Virus record (IMG/VR): IMGVR_UViG_3300020316_000005
Location: 1 to 64,000 of that record
DNA from: a virus
Lineage: Duplodnaviria > Caudoviricetes
Strand: one strand, 5' to 3'
DNA length: 64,000 bases
Shown: one piece after another, positions 18,694-27,956 of the stretch
Position numbering within the stretch: the stretch's first letter is position 1
Layout of the letters: each line of letters begins with the position of its first letter
Program-made: the position numbers and the translations under genes
Notes under the pieces: model-generated
The model's input: the letters and a program-made list of their open reading frames with translations, nothing else
Told to the model about the DNA's origin: nothing
Database searches by the model: none

Positions 18694-19478
18694 TGGATAT
18701 TCCCGAGATCAACATCAAGGGTAAGGATATTGGTGAGATCCGAATCCCTAGTGTGCCTGATTATCTGTTGGATCCACCCACAGCGGTCCCGATCTATCCG
18801 CCTGTAACAACACAGGTAGGTGTGCCTATCGTAGACATCCCTGGCTGTGTAGAAGCACACGAACAAAATAGTGATAGGGAAAGGAGTGGAATATTATCTG
18901 ATGATGATCCTAAAGGTGTCAAAGTATATTGTGATGCAGGCGTACCATCATTCAATCCTATTGACTACAACGCAGGTAAGTTGAAGTGGTCTGGTGAAGC
19001 AGAAGTTCCACCAGTTAAACCACCAGAAGCACCAGAAGCAAATGCACCCGAGATCCCTAAGGATGCAGCGGGTGCAGTTATCAAGTGTCCTACAGAAGCA
19101 CAGCAACTAAAAGAACCTGTGGGTACGTTGGTGGATTCTGGTAAGAAGAAAATTGTTGAATATAGATTGATCGGTCAGGAATGTATTCCTATTAAAGAAG
19201 ATCTGAAAATACCTGATCAGATCATTAAAGCAATCCCGTCAGCAGGACAGGTCACAACTACAGCATCGATTGCTGTTGTGGCAACTGCCGCTGCTACAGC
19301 GACACCTCTTTTGTTGAAGGTTGTTAAACCAATAGTCAAACAGATAATCAAGAAGGTTCAAAAACTATTAGGTAAAGAACCTCCCAAATTATCCAGACTT
19401 GAGATACAAACTAATACTTATCGTGAGAAAAAAGGAATGTCTCCTTTGAAGTTTGGTGCGAAGAAAAAGAAAAAGTAA
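18693..19478 (+). CDS. Pro-rich protein with Cys pairs and C-terminal membrane anchor
   Basis: TAATG coupling; GCVEAH/YCD and KCP/ECI; hydrophobic ASIAVVATAAATATPLLL followed by a Lys-rich tail. Confidence 0.75.
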   Translation: MDIPEINIKGKDIGEIRIPSVPDYLLDPPTAVPIYPPVTTQVGVPIVDIPGCVEAHEQNSDRERSGILSDDDPKGVKVYCDAGVPSFNPIDYNAGKLKWSGEAEVPPVKPPEAPEANAPEIPKDAAGAVIKCPTEAQQLKEPVGTLVDSGKKKIVEYRLIGQECIPIKEDLKIPDQIIKAIPSAGQVTTTASIAVVATAAATATPLLLKVVKPIVKQIIKKVQKLLGKEPPKLSRLEIQTNTYREKKGMSPLKFGAKKKKK

Positions 19479-20048
19479 TTAGCAATCTGTGAATGCTTCA
19501 CCAACTTGTGAACCAACTTCGGAACCAATGTTCTGACCTAACAGCATTGCCCAACCACCTGCTAACCATCCAATATATGGGATGCTAGAGACTGCTGGGA
19601 CAGCAATGCCAGCGGCAATGCTAGTTCCTGCCATTGCACCTTGAGACCGTGCGCCAGCGTCCGCCCTGATACACTCTTCGCTTTTTGCAAGGTTCTTTCC
19701 CTCAGCGTCTGAGACGTTACCTCCGATATTGCGAACACCATCCATCGTGTATTGGTCACGACGGAACTCACGACGCATTTCTGTTGTAGGACCAAACAGT
19801 CCACGCTTGTCCTTATCTAGAGTCAGAGATCTATCAGACTCAAGGACTGTTGGATCGTTTGCTTTGTATTCGATCTTGTAACCATCTCTGGTTGCCTCTA
19901 CCTTATAGGAAGAGTAGTCTCCATTGGGAAACTGAATTGCAGGGAACTCTGGAACTGAGTTATCTTTAATCAGATAACCCAGCAATCCAATGTGAGCTAC
20001 TGCAAATAGACTGCCTGCGGCAATCGCAACAGTCTTTAGCGGTTTCAT
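19479..20048 (-). CDS. Membrane protein with C-terminal glycine zipper
   Basis: N-terminal hydrophobic segment; GAMAGTSIAAG...PYIGWLAGGW...GQNIGSEVGSQVG. Confidence 0.7.
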   Translation of the reverse strand: MKPLKTVAIAAGSLFAVAHIGLLGYLIKDNSVPEFPAIQFPNGDYSSYKVEATRDGYKIEYKANDPTVLESDRSLTLDKDKRGLFGPTTEMRREFRRDQYTMDGVRNIGGNVSDAEGKNLAKSEECIRADAGARSQGAMAGTSIAAGIAVPAVSSIPYIGWLAGGWAMLLGQNIGSEVGSQVGEAFTDC

Positions 20049-20293
20049 AATCCTGGTACTTGAATAGGTACAGGTCCTTCAGTTGCTCCAGGCAATGCAT
20101 CAGGAATTGCTGAATCCAACATTCCAGGGAGTGCATCAGCGATTGCTCCTGCTGCAGCCTTAGTGATGCGTTCTCTTGCTTGTTCGGCAAGTGCTTCTCT
20201 ATTGAGATAAACAACTGTACCAGCACCAATAATGCTGGCAGTTCCTAAGAACGAAATGACTGCTAATACGTTAATAATTTTCTGCATAATCAC
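20045..20293 (-). CDS. Small N-terminally anchored membrane protein
   Basis: IINVLAVISFLGTASIIGAGTVVYL TM, helix, Pro-rich tail. Confidence 0.65.
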   Translation of the reverse strand: MIMQKIINVLAVISFLGTASIIGAGTVVYLNREALAEQARERITKAAAGAIADALPGMLDSAIPDALPGATEGPVPIQVPGL

Positions 20294-20736
20294 ATTTTGT
20301 AAGTGTCATCTGTAGTAATCTTAAGTGGTGCTTGTTCAACTTTAATAGTTTGAACAGGACCAGAAGATTTTGCAGCTTCAATCAGTTTTTCCAAATCTGC
20401 TTTAGTGATACCACCAGCGGCAGCAGCGGCAGCGTTAGCACCATTCATTTTCATAGTGCCGTCACCTGATTTCTTAGCCGTTTGAACCCCGAACGTAGCT
20501 AAAACCCCAGTAAACACGGAGGCTATGAAGGTCGGATCGAGATCTTGCTCAGGAAACTGAAGTGCTTTAGGAAGATCTACATACGCTAGAGTTAGGATGC
20601 CACCAGACCATACTAAAATTCCCAACCTTACAAACGTAGACAGAATTGCTAGTTGCTCTTCCTTGTCTTCAGATGCCTCTTTAAGTTTACCGAAGATACC
20701 CTTCTTTTTGGGTTCCTCCTGTTTTACTTCAGACAT
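20290..20736 (-). CDS. Two-TM membrane protein (holin-like topology)
   Basis: Two hydrophobic segments flanked by charged termini; late promoter upstream. Confidence 0.65.
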   Translation of the reverse strand: MSEVKQEEPKKKGIFGKLKEASEDKEEQLAILSTFVRLGILVWSGGILTLAYVDLPKALQFPEQDLDPTFIASVFTGVLATFGVQTAKKSGDGTMKMNGANAAAAAAGGITKADLEKLIEAAKSSGPVQTIKVEQAPLKITTDDTYKM

Positions 20737-20758
20737 TTGATTGTATGAGTGGCAGCTC

Positions 20759-20766
20759 TATTTAGT
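20759..20766 (-). promoter_or_regulatory. Late promoter ACTAAATA
   Basis: Overlaps the regA stop, about 23 nt before 20736. Confidence 0.6.
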
Positions 20767-21190
20767 CTTCGCCAGATTTCTTTTTGCCAATGTTATATTT
20801 GGACTCAAGAATCCACTCGCCCTTATCCTTATAGGAGATAACTTTGATCTGATTCAATGGTGCAAGTTCACCCAGAGATTCTGGTGATGCAATATCAACT
20901 AGACCCCAATCAGACAATAGTTTTGTAATTCTGTTTCGGCGTTCTACATCGTTAGAAGTTAAATTCGCGTGCTTTCCATCTAGCGCGAACAATTCTTTGA
21001 AGTGTACAATGTAATACTTACCTTTCTTATGAAGGATATGACAAGACTGGAAAAGTTTCTTTTCCTTACGTGATGCCACACCAATCCGTGTAAGTGTCTC
21101 TCTAACTTTTAGAAAATCGTCGGGTTGACGTAACGAGACCTCAACCATCATATCGACATTCCAAGAGATCTCGTGTTCTCCCTCGGTCAT
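20762..21190 (-). CDS. regA: Translational repressor RegA
   Basis: DDFLKVRETLTRIGVAS...QSCHILHK.G.YYIVHFKE. Confidence 0.96.
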   Translation of the reverse strand: MTEGEHEISWNVDMMVEVSLRQPDDFLKVRETLTRIGVASRKEKKLFQSCHILHKKGKYYIVHFKELFALDGKHANLTSNDVERRNRITKLLSDWGLVDIASPESLGELAPLNQIKVISYKDKGEWILESKYNIGKKKSGED

Positions 21191-21582
21191 CCTTTGCCTC
21201 CAGTATTCATTTTAGATTTAATCAATTCAATCTGATCTTTAGTCAGAATTCGTAACGCATCCCGTGCTTTTTCATCTGAATACTTGAAGTAGTCTTTGAT
21301 GAGAGCGAGATCTTCGACCTGCTCTTTCTTTTGCCAGGGAGAAAAACGGCGTTTCTTTCTCAGACTATTTAGATAAAACGAATATTGAACATCATTATCG
21401 AGATGATGAAGGCGATTCATCTCGTTTGCATAAAGAACCGCATCCACGTGACCCGAGAGACAACGGTTCACAATGTATGCGGGATACTTCCTCATCCAGT
21501 CAGGACCACGTTCACGTAGATCTTCCTTGGTGAAGTTTACACTGTTTAGATAATCACCGAGGGGGTACTGCTGTTTGCTCAT
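21187..21582 (-). CDS. g62: Clamp loader small subunit gp62
   Basis: YPAYIVNRCLS...ANEMN...LRKKRRFSPW; synteny with regA. Confidence 0.9.
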   Translation of the reverse strand: MSKQQYPLGDYLNSVNFTKEDLRERGPDWMRKYPAYIVNRCLSGHVDAVLYANEMNRLHHLDNDVQYSFYLNSLRKKRRFSPWQKKEQVEDLALIKDYFKYSDEKARDALRILTKDQIELIKSKMNTGGKG

Positions 21583-22435
21583 CAAGAAGTTCTTCAATAG
21601 GGGAAAGGTTCTTATAGTTTGTGACCATCAACTCTTTACGTTTTGATTGGTCAACGTTGTATGAACCTGTAGATCTCATAGTATAGGTAAAGTCCCACTC
21701 AGTCAAGTTGTATGACTCAAACAATGCACGAGTATTTTCGTTTGAGTTGTATGTGATCAACCAGTTATGCGGGGACTTCTTGCAGGTTTCTGCAAACATA
21801 TGGTGGTCAAATCCTTTGTGCATAGTGCCTCCCTTTCCACCGTAGAGGAAATCTTTAATATCGTATGGAGGATCCAAGAAACAAAATGTCGATTCTCCGT
21901 TTCCATAATCGTCTAAGAGTAATCGTGAGTAGTCAACATTAGTGATGTGCCAGTGCTGAATCATCTCAGAGAACTGAGGAAGTTTCTTAATAGAGCGAAC
22001 ACTAAAGTTGGAGTTGGATGCTTGACCAGAGAAAGAAGAGTTCTCAGTTAGACCTGAGAAGGAGCACTTGTTCAGTACATAAAAATACACTGCCTGTTGA
22101 AACTCATCTCTATCTGCAATCACATCCTTGGCAAGAAGGAATACTTCCTTTGCTCTTTCTACAGTATTTGATTCACTCTTGATTGCAAGCAGTGCTTCAC
22201 ACAAGTCTTCACCACGTTCTTGGAGTTGCACCCAAAAATTATATAGGTAATAGTATTTGTCATTTACCCATACAGGCGTCTCTGGGTTCTGTTTTGTAAA
22301 CTCGATTGCAACACTTCCACCACCCAAGAATGGTTCACGGAACTCTTCGATGCCAGTAGGAAACTTACCCACTAACATCTTTGCTGCACGGGACTTACCG
22401 CCAGGGTATCTAAGGGGTGTTTTCAGGTTCTTCAT
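21554..22435 (-). CDS. dam: DNA adenine methyltransferase (D12 / Dam class)
   Basis: RYPGGKS, EPFLGGGSV, DPPY. Confidence 0.9.
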   Translation of the reverse strand: MKNLKTPLRYPGGKSRAAKMLVGKFPTGIEEFREPFLGGGSVAIEFTKQNPETPVWVNDKYYYLYNFWVQLQERGEDLCEALLAIKSESNTVERAKEVFLLAKDVIADRDEFQQAVYFYVLNKCSFSGLTENSSFSGQASNSNFSVRSIKKLPQFSEMIQHWHITNVDYSRLLLDDYGNGESTFCFLDPPYDIKDFLYGGKGGTMHKGFDHHMFAETCKKSPHNWLITYNSNENTRALFESYNLTEWDFTYTMRSTGSYNVDQSKRKELMVTNYKNLSPIEELLDEQTAVPPR

Positions 22436-23048
22436 CGTGTACGAGTTTTAGGTTTACCATATTCTGACCGTAAGGTCCGAAGTTTACTGGTCCAGTTGGG
22501 ATTGCGTTCCAAGCAATATTAGCACGAAACTCGTTACCAAAGTGTGGTGCGGAGAAATGCAACAACCAACTTGGCCAGACAATCAATGTACCAGGACTGT
22601 AGACGGGTGCTGGTACGGCATTCAGATAGGTAGATGTAATCACTTCCATCTGATTAAAGGAACGTGCCCAGCAGGGGTCCTGAAACATCGTAGGATGCCC
22701 CTCAGAGAGGCAGTAGACCCCAGACCAATAAGATAGGGGGTGTCGGTGTGGTTGATGGCATCCGCCGCTATGAGGGAATGATACGTTACCCCAAGCAAGA
22801 GAAACCTCAAACCTCCCATACATCTCATACTCTTCTGCCTTTTGTATCTGATCCAGACACGAATGAATCCAGTCAAACAGAGGTTTGAACTGCGGAAGAG
22901 TGTGCAGGTTACCTCTGGTTGTCTGGACTGGTGAAGGAAGATTAAACTCACCCCTCTCAATAGGATCTAGTGCGTCTAAGGTTGGGTCTACTAGATCTGT
23001 ATTCTCGAAGGTGTAGATTTCAACTGGAAAAATGTTATGCTTTTTCAT
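22410..23048 (-). CDS. 2OG-Fe(II) oxygenase-like protein (TIGR02466 type)
   Basis: PHRHP.SYWSGVY...WPSWLLH...RANIAWN. Confidence 0.85.
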   Translation of the reverse strand: MKKHNIFPVEIYTFENTDLVDPTLDALDPIERGEFNLPSPVQTTRGNLHTLPQFKPLFDWIHSCLDQIQKAEEYEMYGRFEVSLAWGNVSFPHSGGCHQPHRHPLSYWSGVYCLSEGHPTMFQDPCWARSFNQMEVITSTYLNAVPAPVYSPGTLIVWPSWLLHFSAPHFGNEFRANIAWNAIPTGPVNFGPYGQNMVNLKLVHDEEPENTP

Positions 23049-23653
23049 TTCCTCCAAACGAAGGTTCCATCGTATGTAGACATATGGTTGTTGATGTCCT
23101 CATCCTCACGGTAGACTTCTACCGCTCTACGAACTGCCTCACAATGATAATCGTGACCAATGAACAAACCACCAGTCTTAACTTTAGGATACCAGTCATA
23201 GAGTTCTTGAAGAACTTGATCGTAATTCAACCAAGCATCTAGAAAAATAAAATCAAAGGTACCATCATCACATCTATCCACAAGATGATGAGCATCACCT
23301 TTCCACAATTCAGATCTCTGACTCTCGCCAGACCATTTGATATTGTGCTTAGCAGTAAACTCAACCAACTCCATCTCGGAATCATTCGTGCTATTAGTTG
23401 GCACTGCGTTCCACTTATCAGGGATGCCACTATCGTTTGGATTTAGATAGTCTGTGTATGGTTTCCAGTTATCGATACCATACAGTTTCTTGACGTTAGG
23501 ACAGTTCTGGAGAATGGTGCAATGACTTTCAGCACGAAAGACCCCAACCTCCAAACCGATAAGGTTTGAACCGTGGAGTCCGATGAGATGAATTACAGAA
23601 CGAATGTCAGTAAGTGCATCAACAAAATTGTACTGCTTCGGATAAGGATGCAT
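23045..23653 (-). CDS. Class I SAM-dependent methyltransferase (Methyltransf_24-like)
   Basis: GLEVGVF, GID.W, FDFIFLDA, KTGGLFIGHDY. Confidence 0.85.
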   Translation of the reverse strand: MHPYPKQYNFVDALTDIRSVIHLIGLHGSNLIGLEVGVFRAESHCTILQNCPNVKKLYGIDNWKPYTDYLNPNDSGIPDKWNAVPTNSTNDSEMELVEFTAKHNIKWSGESQRSELWKGDAHHLVDRCDDGTFDFIFLDAWLNYDQVLQELYDWYPKVKTGGLFIGHDYHCEAVRRAVEVYREDEDINNHMSTYDGTFVWRK

Positions 23654-23835
23654 TAGTCTTCTACGATTTTAACTTTGTAAACTGTAGACTTTGCGGTCTT
23701 CTTTGCGAAGTACAAATCAATCCGCTTCTTAGTGTAGTAGAGAGCAACCAGAACAATAATGAATTGGATACCCTCACCCCAACTCATATTCCACGCTTCG
23801 TTGAGGTCCAACGATGCTTGAGCAAAATACATCAT
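23653..23835 (-). CDS. Small single-TM protein
   Basis: GIQFIIVLVALYY followed by a basic tail. Confidence 0.6.
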   Translation of the reverse strand: MMYFAQASLDLNEAWNMSWGEGIQFIIVLVALYYTKKRIDLYFAKKTAKSTVYKVKIVED

Positions 23836-24122
23836 AGGATTAGTTTCTTTTTATCGGGTGTTTTGATGGCAGAGAACATCTCTTTGTACTGATCAATAAT
23901 ACCGTCTTGAGTATCAAGCAAGTATACCACGTAAGACTTTGGAATGGTAATCTCAGTACCACCTTTCTTAATGATAGGTGCCCAAGGAGCAAAACCAAGA
24001 GTACCTTGTCCGCTAGGGATAGCAACGATAGGGTTCACAATCGTGATACTCTCATCGTCTTCTTTAACAACGTCGGTGACAACATCTTCACCAGACCACA
24101 TACGAATAACTTTTACATTCAT
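23832..24122 (-). CDS. Hypothetical protein (Sm-like fold candidate)
   Basis: VKVIRMWSGEDVVTDV...GFAPWAP. Confidence 0.7.
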   Translation of the reverse strand: MNVKVIRMWSGEDVVTDVVKEDDESITIVNPIVAIPSGQGTLGFAPWAPIIKKGGTEITIPKSYVVYLLDTQDGIIDQYKEMFSAIKTPDKKKLIL

Positions 24123-25060
24123 TTGAATTGACACCTCATCATTAGTTCAGTTAAAAACGCCACCAGGTTGATCTCGTGATCGGCAACGAAAGCAGACTTG
24201 TACTGGTATTCACCGATGACAAGAACTGCTTCAGGAATAGATTGGGGTTGAAAATGCGTGTAGAGACTATCATAAATGTTCCTCATAATTTGAGTAGGTT
24301 CGTGATCGAGATTCTGCACAACCCATTTCTTCATCTTAGTAAACTCCTTATTCTTCAGGAAAGTTACAAGGTCATCAAGTTTAGTGTCAGATACAACACT
24401 AAGAATGCCAGTGTCAATCTTACCAATGGAAGAATAACGTTGGAGTTCATTCAGAGTCCGACGAAAGTCGGGGAAATACTTTTGGACTAGCGCCGCCAGA
24501 ACGCGAGGTTCGGCATCGACTTTGTTTTCTTCAAGGATGGACTGGACACGCTTGAAAAAGTTTGCTGCGAGTTGTTGCTTTTCTTTTCCGTTGATTGCAA
24601 ACTCGATAACAGAACATCGACTGTGGAGCGGTTCGATGATTTTGTTTTTGTAGTTGCAGGTAAAGATAAATCTGCAGTTGTTGCTAAACTCCTCAATAGA
24701 CGCCCGTAGGAGGAGTTGAACATCAGGGGTTGTGTTATCTGCCTCATCAATGATGATGACTTTGTGTTTAGCAGATGACGCAAGCGATACGGTTGAAGCG
24801 AAGTTCTTCGCATTGTTTCTGACAGTATCGAGGAATCGACCTTCGTCGGATCCGTTGATGACATAATAGTCTGCTCCAAGTTGTTCGCAAAGTGCTTTAG
24901 CGACAGTGGTCTTGCCGATACCTGGTGGACCAGACAGGAGGAGATTTGGAATCTCACCCTTGTCCACGAACTTGTTCAGAACACTCTTAATGTTCTCAGG
25001 CAGAATGCAGTCATCCACAACACGCGGACGATACTGCTCACACCACAGGAAACCACTCAT
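24119..25060 (-). CDS. g44: Clamp loader large subunit gp44
   Basis: WCEQYRP, GPPGIGKTT, IIDEAD, SRC. Confidence 0.97.
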   Translation of the reverse strand: MSGFLWCEQYRPRVVDDCILPENIKSVLNKFVDKGEIPNLLLSGPPGIGKTTVAKALCEQLGADYYVINGSDEGRFLDTVRNNAKNFASTVSLASSAKHKVIIIDEADNTTPDVQLLLRASIEEFSNNCRFIFTCNYKNKIIEPLHSRCSVIEFAINGKEKQQLAANFFKRVQSILEENKVDAEPRVLAALVQKYFPDFRRTLNELQRYSSIGKIDTGILSVVSDTKLDDLVTFLKNKEFTKMKKWVVQNLDHEPTQIMRNIYDSLYTHFQPQSIPEAVLVIGEYQYKSAFVADHEINLVAFLTELMMRCQFK

Positions 25061-25653
25061 ATCAAAATTTGTTCTTGAGATTTGGAAAGGTTGAAACTGA
25101 AGATCACCTTATCAATACTATCACGATGTGGTAGAGATTGGTGGATCATATACGAAGGGAAGAAAATAATGTCACCTTCGACACAGGGCGGAACAATGGT
25201 TTCAATTTGTCCCGTCCAGGGATCTGCCACTGGTGAGAAGAAAGCAGTAGGTGAAGCACCTCTACTGAGTTGTGCATAGAACACTGCTGAGTAACCAATA
25301 GCACCGTGGTTGTGTGCTGGGTGGCAGGCAGTTTCAGTATACCGCTGACACCAAGCATTGTCTACGGTGGCACCAGGGTGGAGTTGCTGGAACTCCTGAA
25401 GAGGTTGCCTCAGGACTTTAAGGAGGTTAGGGAAGTAGTCTGGTTGTACTCCTGCATCATAATACTTGTAGTAATCAGTGTACGCACAGACATCCTGACT
25501 AGACTCTACAGGATCAAACCAGTGTCCTGCGTGGCACTCACGGTCATCCCAATCAACAAGATTGAGGAAATCAGACTTGAGAGTCGTACCCCAGTTTGGG
25601 ACTGGAGCGCGGTAAACAGGAACTTGGAATAGATCATCAAATTTTTGGATCAC
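25057..25653 (-). CDS. 2OG-Fe(II) oxygenase-like protein (TIGR02466 type)
   Basis: AHNH...YSAVFY...EGDIIFFPSYMIH...SFN. Confidence 0.85.
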   Translation of the reverse strand: MIQKFDDLFQVPVYRAPVPNWGTTLKSDFLNLVDWDDRECHAGHWFDPVESSQDVCAYTDYYKYYDAGVQPDYFPNLLKVLRQPLQEFQQLHPGATVDNAWCQRYTETACHPAHNHGAIGYSAVFYAQLSRGASPTAFFSPVADPWTGQIETIVPPCVEGDIIFFPSYMIHQSLPHRDSIDKVIFSFNLSKSQEQILI

Positions 25654-26327
25654 GAAGGTTCTAGAGCAATGTAATATTCGAGGTTGCCATCAGCAGAAAC
25701 AAAGTGACTAACTTTGTTCTTAGCAACACTGACTTTATAGTCACCAGGCATCAGTCGAATGTTCTCAACTTTGAAGCAGTAACAGAAGTCAGCAACTTCA
25801 GGATTGTGCTTACCAACAATAGCAGAGAAGGTGTTAGAAGTTTCGTTCTTCTTATCACAAACCATAAGTTGTACGTTCTCACCTTTGTTGAAAAGGCACA
25901 GATCAGGAACACCCAGGATGCTTGCTGCTCTCATCAGATCGTTGAGAGTGTCGGTGCGAAGTTCAAACTCCACATCGATGTCAGGCATCTCTATCTCTTT
26001 GTTCGGCGGAGACTGGATGGTGGATGGGTCTGCATCGAAGAACGTTGTTGTAGTCGCAGATGTCTGATCTGTAACTGTAACTTTCTTCTCCGCACGGAAG
26101 TCAAACACTGGAGTCTGATGCAGCGAGAGACAACTGAGGAACTGCCCCAGATCATAAATCGCGACTTGCCGAGGGATGTCTTCAGGAATCTTAGCAATAC
26201 CAAAGATATTCTTGCCGACAGACATCGTACGCAATTTGTTGCCAGGAGTAACAATGATAGACTTGTTAATCGTAGCGAAATTCTTGAGGATGTTCTCAGT
26301 TTTCTTAGTAAGTTTGACAACGCTCAT
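25650..26327 (-). CDS. g45: Sliding clamp gp45
   Basis: ILKNFATIN, IYDL.QFL, YYIALE C-terminus. Confidence 0.95.
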   Translation of the reverse strand: MSVVKLTKKTENILKNFATINKSIIVTPGNKLRTMSVGKNIFGIAKIPEDIPRQVAIYDLGQFLSCLSLHQTPVFDFRAEKKVTVTDQTSATTTTFFDADPSTIQSPPNKEIEMPDIDVEFELRTDTLNDLMRAASILGVPDLCLFNKGENVQLMVCDKKNETSNTFSAIVGKHNPEVADFCYCFKVENIRLMPGDYKVSVAKNKVSHFVSADGNLEYYIALEPS

Positions 26328-26605
26328 TGAGGATAACTTTCAGTTTGTGCGGATTTATCGGAGAAGTGGAGGAGGAGCATAGCGTAGTGGATGATCTTAA
26401 TGATGTCCCTCCTTGCTGTGCCCTTCTTATCATAGCGAGAGGCATATTTTAGGATGTTGGATCTGCAGAATGCCTCCGCGTCACCAACAGATTCAATCAA
26501 ATCGAGGGTTTGGATGTTATCGGAAGAGTAATGTGCACCGTAGGTGCCTGTGATGTAATCACGAACTTCCTTTAGAATCCGTTCCTCGTCATACTTAAAC
26601 GACAT
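26324..26605 (-). CDS. DUF3310 / T7 gp1.7-like putative nucleotide kinase domain protein
   Basis: HY...IQ..D.I...FCRSNILKY.SR..KKG...DI.K..HY. Confidence 0.7.
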   Translation of the reverse strand: MSFKYDEERILKEVRDYITGTYGAHYSSDNIQTLDLIESVGDAEAFCRSNILKYASRYDKKGTARRDIIKIIHYAMLLLHFSDKSAQTESYPQ

Positions 26606-26759
26606 AACCGTACTGTTCACGAAGAATTTTCTTATAGGGTTTGCCTTGTTCTCGCAGTTCTGCTACAAGGCGGAGTTTGTTGTGAAGACTGGTATCGCCA
26701 CCCAGTTTGAGGGCAGCGATGATGGTTACCAGTTCTTTATCAGAGATCGGAAGATCCAT
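26595..26759 (-). CDS. Small conserved hypothetical protein (54 aa, not in ORF track)
   Basis: MDLPISDKELVTIIAALKLGGDTSLHNKLRLV...; directly downstream of a sigma70 promoter. Confidence 0.65.
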   Translation of the reverse strand: MDLPISDKELVTIIAALKLGGDTSLHNKLRLVAELREQGKPYKKILREQYGYVV

Positions 26760-26769
26760 AGATCGTTTA

Positions 26770-26798
26770 ATTGTACACTACTGTGTGAATCGCGTCAA
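26770..26798 (-). promoter_or_regulatory. Sigma70-type promoter TTGACG-N17-TACAAT
   Basis: Near-consensus boxes with 17 nt spacer, upstream of the g45-g44 block. Confidence 0.75.
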
Positions 26799-27871
26799 CC
26801 AAGAAGTTCAGGATTACCGTCCTTGTCGAAGTCGTTATCGATCTTATCATAGAGTTCAAGGAATGCCTGCTTAGTTTCATCATCGAAACGATTGATGCTG
26901 TACTTGATGGCATCTTCCTTGGAACCGAAGATAGCGAATGCCTTCACAATGTGGACCAAGCGACGAGTAGAGATCACTTCGTCAATACCACCCTCTTGGA
27001 AGGTCTTGCGAATGATGCTTGCCCAGTCAGCAAGGCGACCACAGAAATCCTTATCACCACAGATCTTGCTAAGGATCTTGGTTTCGGTCACGACGGACGG
27101 ATAGTCCTGCTCAAGTGTAATGGCAAAACGCTCTAGGAATGCTTCGTTGAGAACGTTAGTTCCAACAAAGCGACCGTCATCGCTGCCTTTACCTTTAGTA
27201 TTTGCAGTTGCAATAACATTGAAACCCTCTTTTGGTTGAACGTACTTACCGATTTTCTTCAAGAAGACACCTTTGCCTTCAAGGACAGACTGCAAACAGA
27301 GGATCTTATTGGAGGACAAGTCCACTTCATCTAGAAGCAGCACTGCTCCGCGTTCCAGAGCATCGACGACTGGTCCGTTGTGCCAAACAGTGTTGCCATC
27401 AACAAGACGGAAACCACCAATAAGATCATCCTCGTCGGTTTCAATGGTGATGTTAACGCGAATCAACTCCCTATTTAGTTGAGCACACGCTTGCTCCACA
27501 CCGAAAGTTTTACCGTTTCCAGACAGACCTTGGATGTAAGTAGGATAGAAGATACCAGACTTGATGATCTTCTTAATGGAATTGAAGTTTCCGAATGGGA
27601 TGTAGTTTTCGTCTTTAGAAGGAACCAAAGAAACTTTATCTACAGCAGGAGTTGCTGCTGTTGCTTGATAGGTTTTCTCAAGTTTCTCAGCAATAGTCAG
27701 GTTCCACTTACCGATACCTGCCTTGTGATCCTTAAGACGCTTCTTGACAGTTGCGAAAGAACAGTCGAAGTGCTCAGCAGCAGAAAGCAGTTCGGGAGTG
27801 CCGACTTGCTCGCCGTGCTTAGAGAGGAAAGAAACGATGTCTTGTGTAGTGACAGGATGAGGTGCGAACAT
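26795..27871 (-). CDS. cobS: CobS / MoxR-like AAA+ ATPase
   Basis: GLSGNGKT, LLLDEVD, TANTKGKG, AFLERF, STRR; start trimmed to MFAPH below the promoter. Confidence 0.9.
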   Translation of the reverse strand: MFAPHPVTTQDIVSFLSKHGEQVGTPELLSAAEHFDCSFATVKKRLKDHKAGIGKWNLTIAEKLEKTYQATAATPAVDKVSLVPSKDENYIPFGNFNSIKKIIKSGIFYPTYIQGLSGNGKTFGVEQACAQLNRELIRVNITIETDEDDLIGGFRLVDGNTVWHNGPVVDALERGAVLLLDEVDLSSNKILCLQSVLEGKGVFLKKIGKYVQPKEGFNVIATANTKGKGSDDGRFVGTNVLNEAFLERFAITLEQDYPSVVTETKILSKICGDKDFCGRLADWASIIRKTFQEGGIDEVISTRRLVHIVKAFAIFGSKEDAIKYSINRFDDETKQAFLELYDKIDNDFDKDGNPELLG

Positions 27872-27896
27872 TTGTTTGTTTTGTTTGTATGTAATT

Positions 27897-27956
27897 AGTA
27901 TAGCGTCGGGAGACGGGGATGCGGGGATGAACTGTGCCACTTATGCAACTGTCCTC
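27897..27956 (-). promoter_or_regulatory. Early-type promoter: dyad GAGGACA-N10-TGGCACA, 30 nt, TATACT
   Basis: Repeated architecture. Confidence 0.6.

Noticed and set aside
27872-27940. N-terminal extension of CobS from GTG 27940
   Set aside because: Runs through the promoter; the ATG at 27871 lies downstream of the -10 box.
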